64,000 bases of DNA from an uncultured Thermoplasmata archaeon (lineage in GTDB: Archaea > Thermoplasmatota > Thermoplasmata > UBA10834). Every line of letters begins with the position of its first letter. The first letter of the stretch is position 1. Positions 17,694 to 25,510 of this stretch are shown here, one piece after another. The position numbers and the translations under genes were made by a program. A model generated the notes under the pieces. The model was not told the origin of the DNA. It searched no databases and was given only the letters and a program-made list of their open reading frames with translations. The stretch covers positions 128,742 through 192,741 of the forward strand of contig CAZMPY010000005.1 in assembly GCA_964568665.1 (NCBI GenBank), read 5' to 3'.

Positions 17694-18536
17694 ATGGTAC
17701 GGATTTCAATCGCCAGCGGCAAGGGAGGGACCGGGAAGACACTAGTGGCAACGAACCTCGCAGCGGTCGCGGGGAGCGCGCTCCTCGTCGACCTCGATGT
17801 CGAGGAACCCAACTCACATCTCTTCTTCAGGTGCACGGGGGAGGAAGGAGAAGTGGTGAACCGGAAGGTGCCGTTCATAGACAAAGCGAAGTGCACGGCC
17901 TGCGGCATCTGCGCTAAGGTGTGCGAATTCCACGCCATCGCGTCCCTTCCGAAGGACATCCTCGTGTTCGACGAGCTTTGTCACAGCTGTGGCGCATGCT
18001 CTAGGTTCTGCCCCGAGGAGGCGATTGAGGAGCGGGACCACCAGATTGGAGAGGTCGTCCGCGCAAGCGCCGAGGGGCTACGGGGGCTGGTCTACGGGAG
18101 GCTGAGGATCGGCGAGGCGTCGGCCTCGGCCCTGATCAAGCGCGTCAAGAAGGAGATCCCTGACGACGGGCTCACAATCATCGACTGCCCGCCAGGGACC
18201 GCCTGCCCAGCGGTCGAGAGCATGCGAGGCTCCGACCTGTGCGTCCTGGTGACGGAGCCCACGCCTTTCGGGTTCCACGATCTCAAACTGGCATTGGCGG
18301 TCACCGAGAAACTCAATCTACCGCGTGTCGTCTTCCTGAACAAGAAGGGCCTCCCCGGCCCGGATGTCTGCGCGTTCTGCAGAGAGAACGGGATACCCAT
18401 AGTGGGCGAGGTCCGACACGAGAGAAGGATCGCCGAGATCTACTCGGAGGGAGGGCTGCTGTTGTCAGACCCCGAGTACGAACGCGTCTTCAGGTCTGCC
18501 TTGGCGAGGATCCTCGAGGAGGTGAGGGGGCCATGA
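17694..18536 (+). CDS. MinD/ParA-type P-loop ATPase with inserted 2x[4Fe-4S] ferredoxin domain, copy 1
   Basis: Start ATG 17694 inside ORF 17460..18536. Deviant Walker A SGKGGTGKT. CTACGICAKVC and CHSCGACSRFCP cluster motifs. IIDCPPGTACP. Confidence 0.8.
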   Translation: MVRISIASGKGGTGKTLVATNLAAVAGSALLVDLDVEEPNSHLFFRCTGEEGEVVNRKVPFIDKAKCTACGICAKVCEFHAIASLPKDILVFDELCHSCGACSRFCPEEAIEERDHQIGEVVRASAEGLRGLVYGRLRIGEASASALIKRVKKEIPDDGLTIIDCPPGTACPAVESMRGSDLCVLVTEPTPFGFHDLKLALAVTEKLNLPRVVFLNKKGLPGPDVCAFCRENGIPIVGEVRHERRIAEIYSEGGLLLSDPEYERVFRSALARILEEVRGP

Positions 18537-19408
18537 AGGAGATAGTCGTGCTCAGCGGCAAGGGAGGGACGGGCAAGACGGTCATGCTCGCGAGTTTCGT
18601 GTCGTTAGCCGACCACCCAGTGATTGCCGACTGCGACGTGGACGCGCCCAACCTGCACCTCCTCCTGAACCCTCAGGTCAGGGAACGTGGGAGGTTCACC
18701 TCGAGCAAGGTGGCCGTCATCGATGGAAGGAAATGTAGCAGCTGCATGGAGTGCCTGCCAGCGTGCAGATTCGACGCACTGAAGGCCATCGGGAGCGGCT
18801 GCGTGCAGAAGGTCACGGTGGACGACGATGCGTGCGAAGGGTGTGGCGTGTGCGTGCGCATGTGCCCGTCGCGGGCCGTCAGGCTCGTGGAGCGGGATTC
18901 GGGCGAGTGGTTCGTCTCGGACACGCGCTTCGGGCCCATGGTGCATGCGCTCCTGGCGCCGGGAGGCGAGAACTCCGGCAAGCTCGTGGCCCTGGTGAAA
19001 CAGAAGGCGAAGGTCATAGCGAACAAGTCGGGGGCACAGACCATCCTGGTCGACGGCCCGCCCGGACTGAGCTGTTCCGCCATCTCGGCGGCCGCGGGGG
19101 CCGATCTGCTCGTCCTCGTCGCGGAACCCACCGTTTCGGGTCTGAGCGACTTCGCCAGGATAGCGGACCTCTGCGCCCATCTGAAGTCGGATGCGGCGTT
19201 GGTCGTGAACCGATGGGACATCAACAGGAAGGTCACGGACGCGATCGAGCGCATGGCGAAACTGAGAGGGATTGAGCCGCTTGGACGCGTCCCCTACGAC
19301 GAGGGCATCCCAGCATCCATGGCCGTCTCCAAGACACTCATAGAGGCGCAGGAGAGCCGGGCGAGGACATCCGTCATCGAGATCTGGGAAAGGCTCAAGA
19401 AGTGCTGA
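18533..19408 (+). CDS. MinD/ParA-type P-loop ATPase with inserted 2x[4Fe-4S] ferredoxin domain, copy 2
   Basis: Start ATG 18533 (ATGA overlap). SGKGGTGKT. CSSCMECLPAC and CEGCGVCVRMCP. LVDGPPGLSCS. Confidence 0.8.
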   Translation: MKEIVVLSGKGGTGKTVMLASFVSLADHPVIADCDVDAPNLHLLLNPQVRERGRFTSSKVAVIDGRKCSSCMECLPACRFDALKAIGSGCVQKVTVDDDACEGCGVCVRMCPSRAVRLVERDSGEWFVSDTRFGPMVHALLAPGGENSGKLVALVKQKAKVIANKSGAQTILVDGPPGLSCSAISAAAGADLLVLVAEPTVSGLSDFARIADLCAHLKSDAALVVNRWDINRKVTDAIERMAKLRGIEPLGRVPYDEGIPASMAVSKTLIEAQESRARTSVIEIWERLKKC

Positions 19409-19566
19409 CGGCTTCATCAAGAGAGCGCGGGGTGCGGCCTCGCGATGGCCCTCAAGGATAGGCCTGACAGGTGATTCTGCTGCGACTCATCGGACATCAT
19501 CAGGGAAGGCTGGAGACAGCATTTCAAGGACAGGATCAGAGCGAAGGGTACGAAGGATGTGAAGAA

Positions 19567-19968
19567 ATGAAGGTATGCGTGCCGACAATGGAGAAGGGCG
19601 GATTGGATGACTCGGTCAGCGGACACTTCGGGAGGGCCCCGACGTTCACGATCGTCGACATCGAGACGAACGAAGTGAAGGTCCTCAAGAACGACGGAGA
19701 GCACTTCGGAGGCCACGGCGGGGCTACCTCGAACGTGGTCCAGTCAGGGGCCACGGTGGTCGTCTGCGGAGGGATCGGACCCGGGGCGATACGCCTGCTG
19801 ACGACCTCTGGCATCAAGGTCTATTCCGGAGCCACGGGGACGGCCAGGGACACGATCAAGATGTGGAAGGAGGGTGCGCTCCCGGTCGCCGACGCCGACA
19901 ACGCCTGCAAGGACCACAGACACGAGCACGGTCACGAAGGAGAACACGACTGCAACTGCCATCACTGA
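19567..19968 (+). CDS. NifX/NifB-C-terminal-like protein, copy 3, with His/Cys-rich C-terminal tail
   Basis: Start ATG 19567 inside ORF 19471..19968. MKVCVPTMEKGGLDDSVSGHFGRAPTFTIVD, close paralog of copy 2. Tail DHRHEHGHEGEHDCNCHH. Confidence 0.75.
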   Translation: MKVCVPTMEKGGLDDSVSGHFGRAPTFTIVDIETNEVKVLKNDGEHFGGHGGATSNVVQSGATVVVCGGIGPGAIRLLTTSGIKVYSGATGTARDTIKMWKEGALPVADADNACKDHRHEHGHEGEHDCNCHH

Positions 19969-20040
19969 CCGGCGTGGCCCATGCCCGTGAGCGGATGCAC
20001 GGGGCAACCATTAACGGGCACGGGCGCCTAGACAGGACAC

Positions 20041-20469
20041 GTGGCGGCGAAGAGGCTCAAGGTCCGCAGGTCCGATGACGAGTGGAAGAGACGGCTCACG
20101 GACGAGCAGTACCGGGTCCTTAGGCAGAAGAGGACCGAGCGACCGTTCACCGGCAAGCACCTGACCGAGACGCGCGAAGGCATGTACAGATGCGCCGGGT
20201 GCGGGCAGGAGCTGTTCCCGTCCGATGCGAAATTCGACACGGACTGCGGGTGGCCGAGCTTCACTGGACCAGCGGAGCGTGAAGCGGTCGAGGAGCACGA
20301 AGACCTGTCCCAAGGCATGCGCAGGACGGAGGTGCTCTGCCGCAGATGCGCGGGACACCTGGGGCACGTGTTCGGCGACGGCCCCGGCCCGGCAGGCCTG
20401 AGGTACTGCATCAACTCGGCGGCCCTGGACTTCTCCGAGCGGAAGAGCGCACGAGGGGAAGACAGGTGA
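20041..20469 (+). CDS. msrB: peptide-methionine (R)-S-oxide reductase
   Basis: 142 aa (GTG start). Two CxxC pairs (CAGCG, CRRCAGHLGHVF) and RYCINS catalytic region typical of MsrB. Confidence 0.9.
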   Translation: MAAKRLKVRRSDDEWKRRLTDEQYRVLRQKRTERPFTGKHLTETREGMYRCAGCGQELFPSDAKFDTDCGWPSFTGPAEREAVEEHEDLSQGMRRTEVLCRRCAGHLGHVFGDGPGPAGLRYCINSAALDFSERKSARGEDR

Positions 20470-20714
20470 CCCTGATGGAAGGTCTGGAAAAGGATGTGTT
20501 AAGGGGTTTTCAACGCTCCGGATGCTCCGGTCAGACGCCCCAGGACTCAAGCAGGAACGGCCACCAGGCGATTCCCGGGAACTCGAACCCGATGTAGTCC
20601 TCCAGCGGATGTAGTTCTCGCAGGCAACGACGTCTCCGCGAAGGTCAGGGGCGTACCTGTTCGGGCATCAACCGATGTGTCCGTGCGCGAATCAGCCCCG
20701 GGAGGACTATCACG

Positions 20715-21191
20715 ATGGCGACAGCTACCTTCGCGGCTGGATGCTTCTGGGGCATCGAGGCCGCGTTCAGGGAGATCGGGGGAGTGACCGACACGACGGT
20801 CGGCTACACCGGGGGCACGACGGAGCATCCGACCTACGAGCAGGTCTGCACCGACAGGACGGGGCACGCGGAGGCGGTCCGGGTCGAATACGACCCGGGG
20901 GTCGTGAGCTACGACCGGTTGCTGGATGCGTTCTGGCGCATGCATGACCCGACAACGAGGGACAGGCAGGGCCCGGACGTGGGACGCCAGTACAGGTCGG
21001 CCATATTCTACCACGACGATGACCAGCGCGCACGCGCGCAGGCGTCAGTGGGAAGACTGCAGAGCACGGGCGGGTCCGGGGGGCGCAGGATAGTCACAGA
21101 GATCGCGCACGCGGGCGCGTTCTACAAGGCAGAGGAGTACCACCAGAGGTACCGCGAGAAGCACGGGATGGCGGCGTGCCGGTCGCGGTGA
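20715..21191 (+). CDS. msrA: peptide-methionine (S)-S-oxide reductase
   Basis: 158 aa. [13 protein letters not shown] active-site motif, [24 protein letters not shown]. Confidence 0.9.
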   Translation: MATATFAAGCFWGIEAAFREIGGVTDTTVGYTGGTTEHPTYEQVCTDRTGHAEAVRVEYDPGVVSYDRLLDAFWRMHDPTTRDRQGPDVGRQYRSAIFYHDDDQRARAQASVGRLQSTGGSGGRRIVTEIAHAGAFYKAEEYHQRYREKHGMAACRSR

Positions 21192-21206
21192 ACGCCCGCG
21201 CGCGAC

Positions 21207-23375
21207 TCACGGTCCGTTGCGCCCGCGCCTGGACCTGGCGAACAGGAAGATGGCGAGCACGGCCAGCACAGGCAGCAGCAGGGACCCGAACTCGGGGATG
21301 GCCTGCGGCTCCACGGTCACAATGACCATGTCGGTGTCGTAGTTCCCGTAGGAATCCGACACATTGAGCGTGACCGTGTACGTCCCGGGCGTCCAGAACA
21401 CGAACTGCGCCGCTGGGCCCGTCAGGACGACCTCCGAGCCGTTGTAGACGAAAGTCCAAATGTAGTCCTCAACGCCGACATCGTCCGTCGAGCCCGCGCC
21501 GTCGAAGGTGACCGTCATGCCCGTCAGGACCGTCATGTCGACCCCGGCGTCCGCGACCGGCGGGACGATGTCAGGGATGACGACCCTCACCAAGACCGCG
21601 TCCAGGTCGTAGAGCCCGGACGCGTCCGTCACGTTGAGCGTGACGGTGTAGACCCCCGGAACCGTGAACGTGTAGGACGGGGAGACCCCGTAGAGCGTGA
21701 CGATCGAACCGTCCGCCTCGAAGCTCCATGTGTAGTTGACGATCCCCAGGTCGTCGTACGAACCGAACCCGTCGAACGCGAACGGGACATCCACCTCGAC
21801 CTGGACGTCGCCGCCGGCATCGGCCACCGGCGCGGCGTTGACCTCGACGGTCCATGAATGGGACACGCTGTACTCGCCGTCCCAGACCTCGACTGTCACG
21901 GTGTGCGCTCCGGACGAGTAATCCGTGGCGTTGAACAGGAACGATTGGGCGTCCGAGTACCCGACCACTTGACCGTCGACCGACCAGTAGCATCCGAGTA
22001 CATTCCCATCGGGATCGGACGCCTCTACCGAGAAGGTCACCTGGTCCCCCTGATCGACATAGGTGTCGCCGGCCGGCGAGAACGAATCGATGGCCGGGGC
22101 GCTGTTGGAGGGCGAATAGGCGTAGTAGGCCTCGAGGAACTCGTCCCACGATGTCGCCCCCGTGAACGCCAGTGTTCCTGAGTCACCGTAGACGGAGTAG
22201 TAATCCGCCAGAATGGCCGGGAAGTATATGGTCAGCCCGTGAGCGTCGACCGTGCTCAGGCCCCCGGTCCGGTTCCAGTGGTCCTCGTAGACAACAGCGC
22301 TGGTGAGCGCGGTCATGACATCGTCCGCCAAGGTCACACCCGTAGGCGTGGGTATCACGGAAGAGAGCTCGTAGGCGAAGTCGTACAGGTCCATGTTGGC
22401 ATTTAGGCCATCGTCATATGTCTCGGCCAACGCACGTGCGCCCGCGATGTAGTTGATGTACCCCGGGATATCCGCGAGGAGCTCGGTCGCGAGGGCGTCC
22501 GCGGCCGATTCGAGAGGCGCCGAGCGGGAGAGGTTCGTGACCGACATCGTGACATCGAGCTGCGGGTAGGGGTCGATCGGCAGCGAGTATGATGAGATGT
22601 AGCTGTCAACGACCTCCGCCCCGAGCATTTCAGGGGTCATCGACGGGTCGGCTGTGAGGGCGTCGAGGAGCAGCCCGTAGTTCCACCCCTGCCACGGGAT
22701 GGTGACCTCGGACGCGACCATGTATTCCCCGTATCTTGCGACCTCGGCGGACACCTCGATGGCACCCATCAGGCAGGCGTCGAAGCCGATCAGGTCCAGT
22801 TTCATGCCGCCGTTGTCGGCGCTCGCCTGGGCGAGCGCGTCCCCCAGCTGGGCCACGCTCATCACGGTCGAGGAGTAATCGTCGACGAGCAGCCCCCTCC
22901 ACCCGCCACCGTGGTCCCAGAGCACGAGCGCGTACCTGTCGGCGGGATAACTAGAGATGGACCAGTTGATGAAATCCGTGAGGACCGCCGGACTGGCCAT
23001 GTCAACCTCGCCGAGCGACTCGACGGCCGCGATATCGTAGGGTTCCATGCCCGGGGTCACGAGGAAGCGCTCGCAGTCCTCCCACTCGCCGTACCGCGTG
23101 TCGTCATCGGGCTTTGGGAACCCGTCCCACCGGTCCATCTGCACCACTATGTTAACATCCGCCGTCGAACCGACGGATGACAACTCGAGGAAGTCATCCA
23201 CCGCCGCGGGCTCGAGGTTGTTGTCCCCGTCGAGGTAGACCATGAATGTCCAGGACGCGGATGCGCCGCGGACCTCCGTCGGCGTGACGAGGACAGCGGC
23301 GGCGGAGAATGCAAGCAGTGTGACGAAGACGACGGTCAGAGACGGCGCGCCCGAAGTACGGTCGAGAGAACCCAT
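21207..23375 (-). CDS. secreted clostripain-like (C11) cysteine peptidase with Ig/PKD domains and PEF-CTERM-like sorting signal
   Basis: 722 aa. Signal-like N-terminus. WTFMVYLDGDNNLE, LVLWDHGGGW and IGFDACLMG (His/Cys dyad context of the clostripain family). Two PKD repeats (FAFDGFGSYDDLGIVNYTWSF, VTFDGAGSTDDVGVEDYIWTF). Terminal PEFGSLLLPVLAVLAIFLFARSRRGRNGP (21210-21296). Confidence 0.75.
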   Translation of the reverse strand: MGSLDRTSGAPSLTVVFVTLLAFSAAAVLVTPTEVRGASASWTFMVYLDGDNNLEPAAVDDFLELSSVGSTADVNIVVQMDRWDGFPKPDDDTRYGEWEDCERFLVTPGMEPYDIAAVESLGEVDMASPAVLTDFINWSISSYPADRYALVLWDHGGGWRGLLVDDYSSTVMSVAQLGDALAQASADNGGMKLDLIGFDACLMGAIEVSAEVARYGEYMVASEVTIPWQGWNYGLLLDALTADPSMTPEMLGAEVVDSYISSYSLPIDPYPQLDVTMSVTNLSRSAPLESAADALATELLADIPGYINYIAGARALAETYDDGLNANMDLYDFAYELSSVIPTPTGVTLADDVMTALTSAVVYEDHWNRTGGLSTVDAHGLTIYFPAILADYYSVYGDSGTLAFTGATSWDEFLEAYYAYSPSNSAPAIDSFSPAGDTYVDQGDQVTFSVEASDPDGNVLGCYWSVDGQVVGYSDAQSFLFNATDYSSGAHTVTVEVWDGEYSVSHSWTVEVNAAPVADAGGDVQVEVDVPFAFDGFGSYDDLGIVNYTWSFEADGSIVTLYGVSPSYTFTVPGVYTVTLNVTDASGLYDLDAVLVRVVIPDIVPPVADAGVDMTVLTGMTVTFDGAGSTDDVGVEDYIWTFVYNGSEVVLTGPAAQFVFWTPGTYTVTLNVSDSYGNYDTDMVIVTVEPQAIPEFGSLLLPVLAVLAIFLFARSRRGRNGP

Positions 23376-23600
23376 GTGGATCTACCCGTGCGGCAAAGCA
23401 ACGGCCGTGCATATATCGCTGGATGTATTCAACTTTGGCCCTGTTGCTTGTCCGAATGTTGCGGTCGACGAGGCTCGAGAAAGACAACGGGGAAGAATGA
23501 TGAAATAACGGTACAACCATTGAGAGAGTGATCGAGGAACCACTTTTAGCATGCCATCAACAGAACCAACTTTATCACCGCGGTCCCGAGGGCGGGGCTG

Positions 23601-23705
23601 ATGACCTACATCAGGAACGTGCCCCGGACCCACGAGCGTGAAGAGAAGCTCACGGACTTCGAGGCAAAGCTGGAGCGCGCGATCTCCCAAGACAGCACGC
23701 TCTAA
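23601..23705 (+). CDS. tentative 34-aa small ORF in otherwise non-coding island
   Basis: ATG 23601 preceded by GAGGGCGGGG. MTYIRNVPRTHEREEKLTDFEAKLERAISQDSTL. About 30 of 33 third positions are G/C, like real genes here and unlike the flanks. No family recognised. Confidence 0.3.
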   Translation: MTYIRNVPRTHEREEKLTDFEAKLERAISQDSTL

Positions 23706-24275
23706 TCGGGCGCGTGCATCCGGCCCATGAGCAATCTGTGCATTTATCATCGTGTCATTGCATTTTGTGCGACAGGATTCCCGATTATAATAGCACAAAT
23801 GGATTCAGTTCAAATTTGATAGCGGTTGCCCATCATCCCACTTATATAGCAAACCACCGATATGCTGCCCTTGGCACCGTTGTCAGGCGCGGCTTGACGA
23901 CGGAAACGGGGGGAAATGGTGCCACGAACGGTGATGCCTCTAGGGTAGCTAGGTTGCGTGCCGTTTCAATCCTTGCTGCATTCAATCTCCAGGCAACGTC
24001 GTGGACCGTATCACAGGATGATGGTGCGAACTCCGCTGAGATTGCCACCACGGGCGACCTTGTTGTGAGGATTGGATACGCCTGAGGGAAAGCGACCGCG
24101 AACCCCCTGCTTGTAGAGATGGAAAGGACCGCGTAGCATACAGACCGATTCTCAGCTTGCGGTTCACATACGACCAGAACCTACTGGAAACTGTTCTAAA
24201 ACCGGCCGCGGCCGACGCCTGGCTGCTGCCCGTAGCCCCGGTCAAGGTCTGCACCGAGGGACGGTCGCCTAGGGT

Positions 24276-25349
24276 CTAACCCAGCTCGAAGGGGACGAAC
24301 ATCCCCTTGCACGGGTTGTCCAGGCAGAGTTCCATCCTCAGCCCCTTCGGGTCCAACAGCACAGCGTAGTTCGTCTGGCTCTGGTCGTGCGGGGGCGACT
24401 GCGGGTCCGGGTGCCGGCAGATCGAACCCGGCCGATCCACATGGTCCCTCAGGATGGATTTCAGCGTCTCGGAGGTGACCTCCCCGTGCTGCGAACGTAT
24501 CAGCTTCAGTGCCCGGTCGTACCTCACGATCGTGCTCGTCGCTGCCCAGGTGGTCCTCGAGCCCACGGGACCGAACACGTTCTCGAACCTGGCCATCTTC
24601 GGGTGGAGGTAGTGGTTGGTATGCACGAGGTACCCGTCGATGCCGTAGATGATGGCAAAGTCCGTCGCTGAGCCCTCGATGCTGAAGATCTCCCCGCTCG
24701 AGTGGCATATGTTGAAGTTGTAGGTGGAACCGCGCCCCGGGTCCGTGGCGGCAGCAAGGGCCTCGCTCGTGGTCTTGGACGCAAGTATCTTGGGCGCCAT
24801 GAACATCTTCGGGAAGCCAACGCGCGCGTCGTTCATGTAGAGCGAGTTGCCCGTCACGCTCAGGCCCGCGGAGTTGACGCCGGAGATCCACTCCAGTCCC
24901 GCGTGGGTCGCAGCCAGGAACGAAGGCCCCGTCTTCGGCCGCGCCCTGAGCACCATGACACGCGCCCTGTCTGCAGGTCTCCAATCCTCCGTGTGGGCCG
25001 ACAGGACCGAGCCATCGGCCGTCGCGAGCCCGTTGACGGCGACATCGGTGCACAGCCCTTTCTCGTCCTCGGAGATGAGCAGGTACAGGTCCGCGAAAGG
25101 TACGCCCGAGCCCTCGGCATACCCCTGGAGATAATCGAAGTAATCGGGGGAGTAATCCTGCGCGTGATGCACGTGCACGCGCGCTGACTTGACCATGCGG
25201 TCCCATCCTGGCCCGCTCGCATTGAGCCTGGCCTTCGCGTCCACGACGTAGGACCTCACGACCGCCTTTGCCTTCTCGCCCGCCTTGGCGCCCATGTCGT
25301 TGAACGAGCCCGAGACCACGATCTCAGGGACGATTGCCTTCTTCGGCAA
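24276..25349 (-). CDS. C45-family (acyl-CoA:6-APA acyltransferase-like) Ntn-hydrolase
   Basis: 357 aa (TTG start). GSFNDMGAKAGEKAK N-terminal pattern and an internal Gly-x-Cys-Thr (EKGLCTDVAV) at the position of the autoproteolytic nucleophile. Overall resemblance to the C45 family from memory. Confidence 0.55.
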   Translation of the reverse strand: MPKKAIVPEIVVSGSFNDMGAKAGEKAKAVVRSYVVDAKARLNASGPGWDRMVKSARVHVHHAQDYSPDYFDYLQGYAEGSGVPFADLYLLISEDEKGLCTDVAVNGLATADGSVLSAHTEDWRPADRARVMVLRARPKTGPSFLAATHAGLEWISGVNSAGLSVTGNSLYMNDARVGFPKMFMAPKILASKTTSEALAAATDPGRGSTYNFNICHSSGEIFSIEGSATDFAIIYGIDGYLVHTNHYLHPKMARFENVFGPVGSRTTWAATSTIVRYDRALKLIRSQHGEVTSETLKSILRDHVDRPGSICRHPDPQSPPHDQSQTNYAVLLDPKGLRMELCLDNPCKGMFVPFELG

Positions 25350-25492
25350 GAGATGACACCGGGCACGGATATGCCACTAGGGGTGATAAACCCTGTCCGT
25401 GAAGGCGTCGTCCGTCAGACGACACCTGTCCGACACACCCTGCAAGGCCCCAAAGGGCGCATACTGGCGAAAACTGTATCTACCCAGCATAA

Positions 25493-25506
25493 CCATGTTA
25501 ACATGG
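25493..25506. promoter_or_regulatory. perfect 14-bp palindrome immediately upstream of the ATP-cone gene
   Basis: CCATGTTAACATGG at 25493-25506, ending 4 nt before GTG 25511. Confidence 0.35.
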
Positions 25507-25510
25507 GGAG

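Noticed and set aside
16179-19968. Nitrogen-fixation (nif) cluster, because of three NifX-like genes and MinD/NifH-like P-loop ATPases
   Set aside because: No nifD/K/E/N, no radical-SAM NifB domain. The ATPases have ferredoxin inserts and the MinD-type KGG-T-GKT loop rather than NifH features. The NifX-like fold alone does not imply nitrogenase.
20574-20591. Possible tRNA gene or att-site remnant (T-arm-like CGGGTTCGAGTTCCCGGG on the minus strand)
   Set aside because: No acceptor, D or anticodon arms can be built around it, and the T-loop has an extra base. It is inverted relative to tRNA-Glu at 55118 and 35 kb away. No integrase or foreign-looking genes lie between them.
23382-23798. 138-aa minus-strand ORF, and the 123-aa plus-strand ORF 23714..24085, in the non-coding island
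   Set aside because: Cys/Arg/Ser-rich or otherwise non-protein-like translations. Third-position composition unlike neighbouring genes. They cross the AT-rich promoter-like core.
24018-24085. C/D-box sRNA-like arrangement: AUGAUGG - 11 nt - CUGA - 25 nt - GUGAGGA - 10 nt - CUGA
   Set aside because: Both C-type boxes deviate from RUGAUGA. Guide lengths are 11 and 10 rather than 12. The D'-C' spacer is far too long. There is no terminal stem. This is probably chance.
23870-24275. Tested the GC-richer right half of the island by eye for RNase P RNA or SRP (7S) RNA
   Set aside because: Neither strand has the GAGGAAAGUCC / ACAGAA..CGGCUUA RNase P core. Neither has a GNAR-capped helix-8 motif (GGUCC-GGAA-GGAAGCAGCC-like) of SRP RNA. 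GGGCAGCAGCCAGG is only a partial resemblance. An Infernal scan is still needed.
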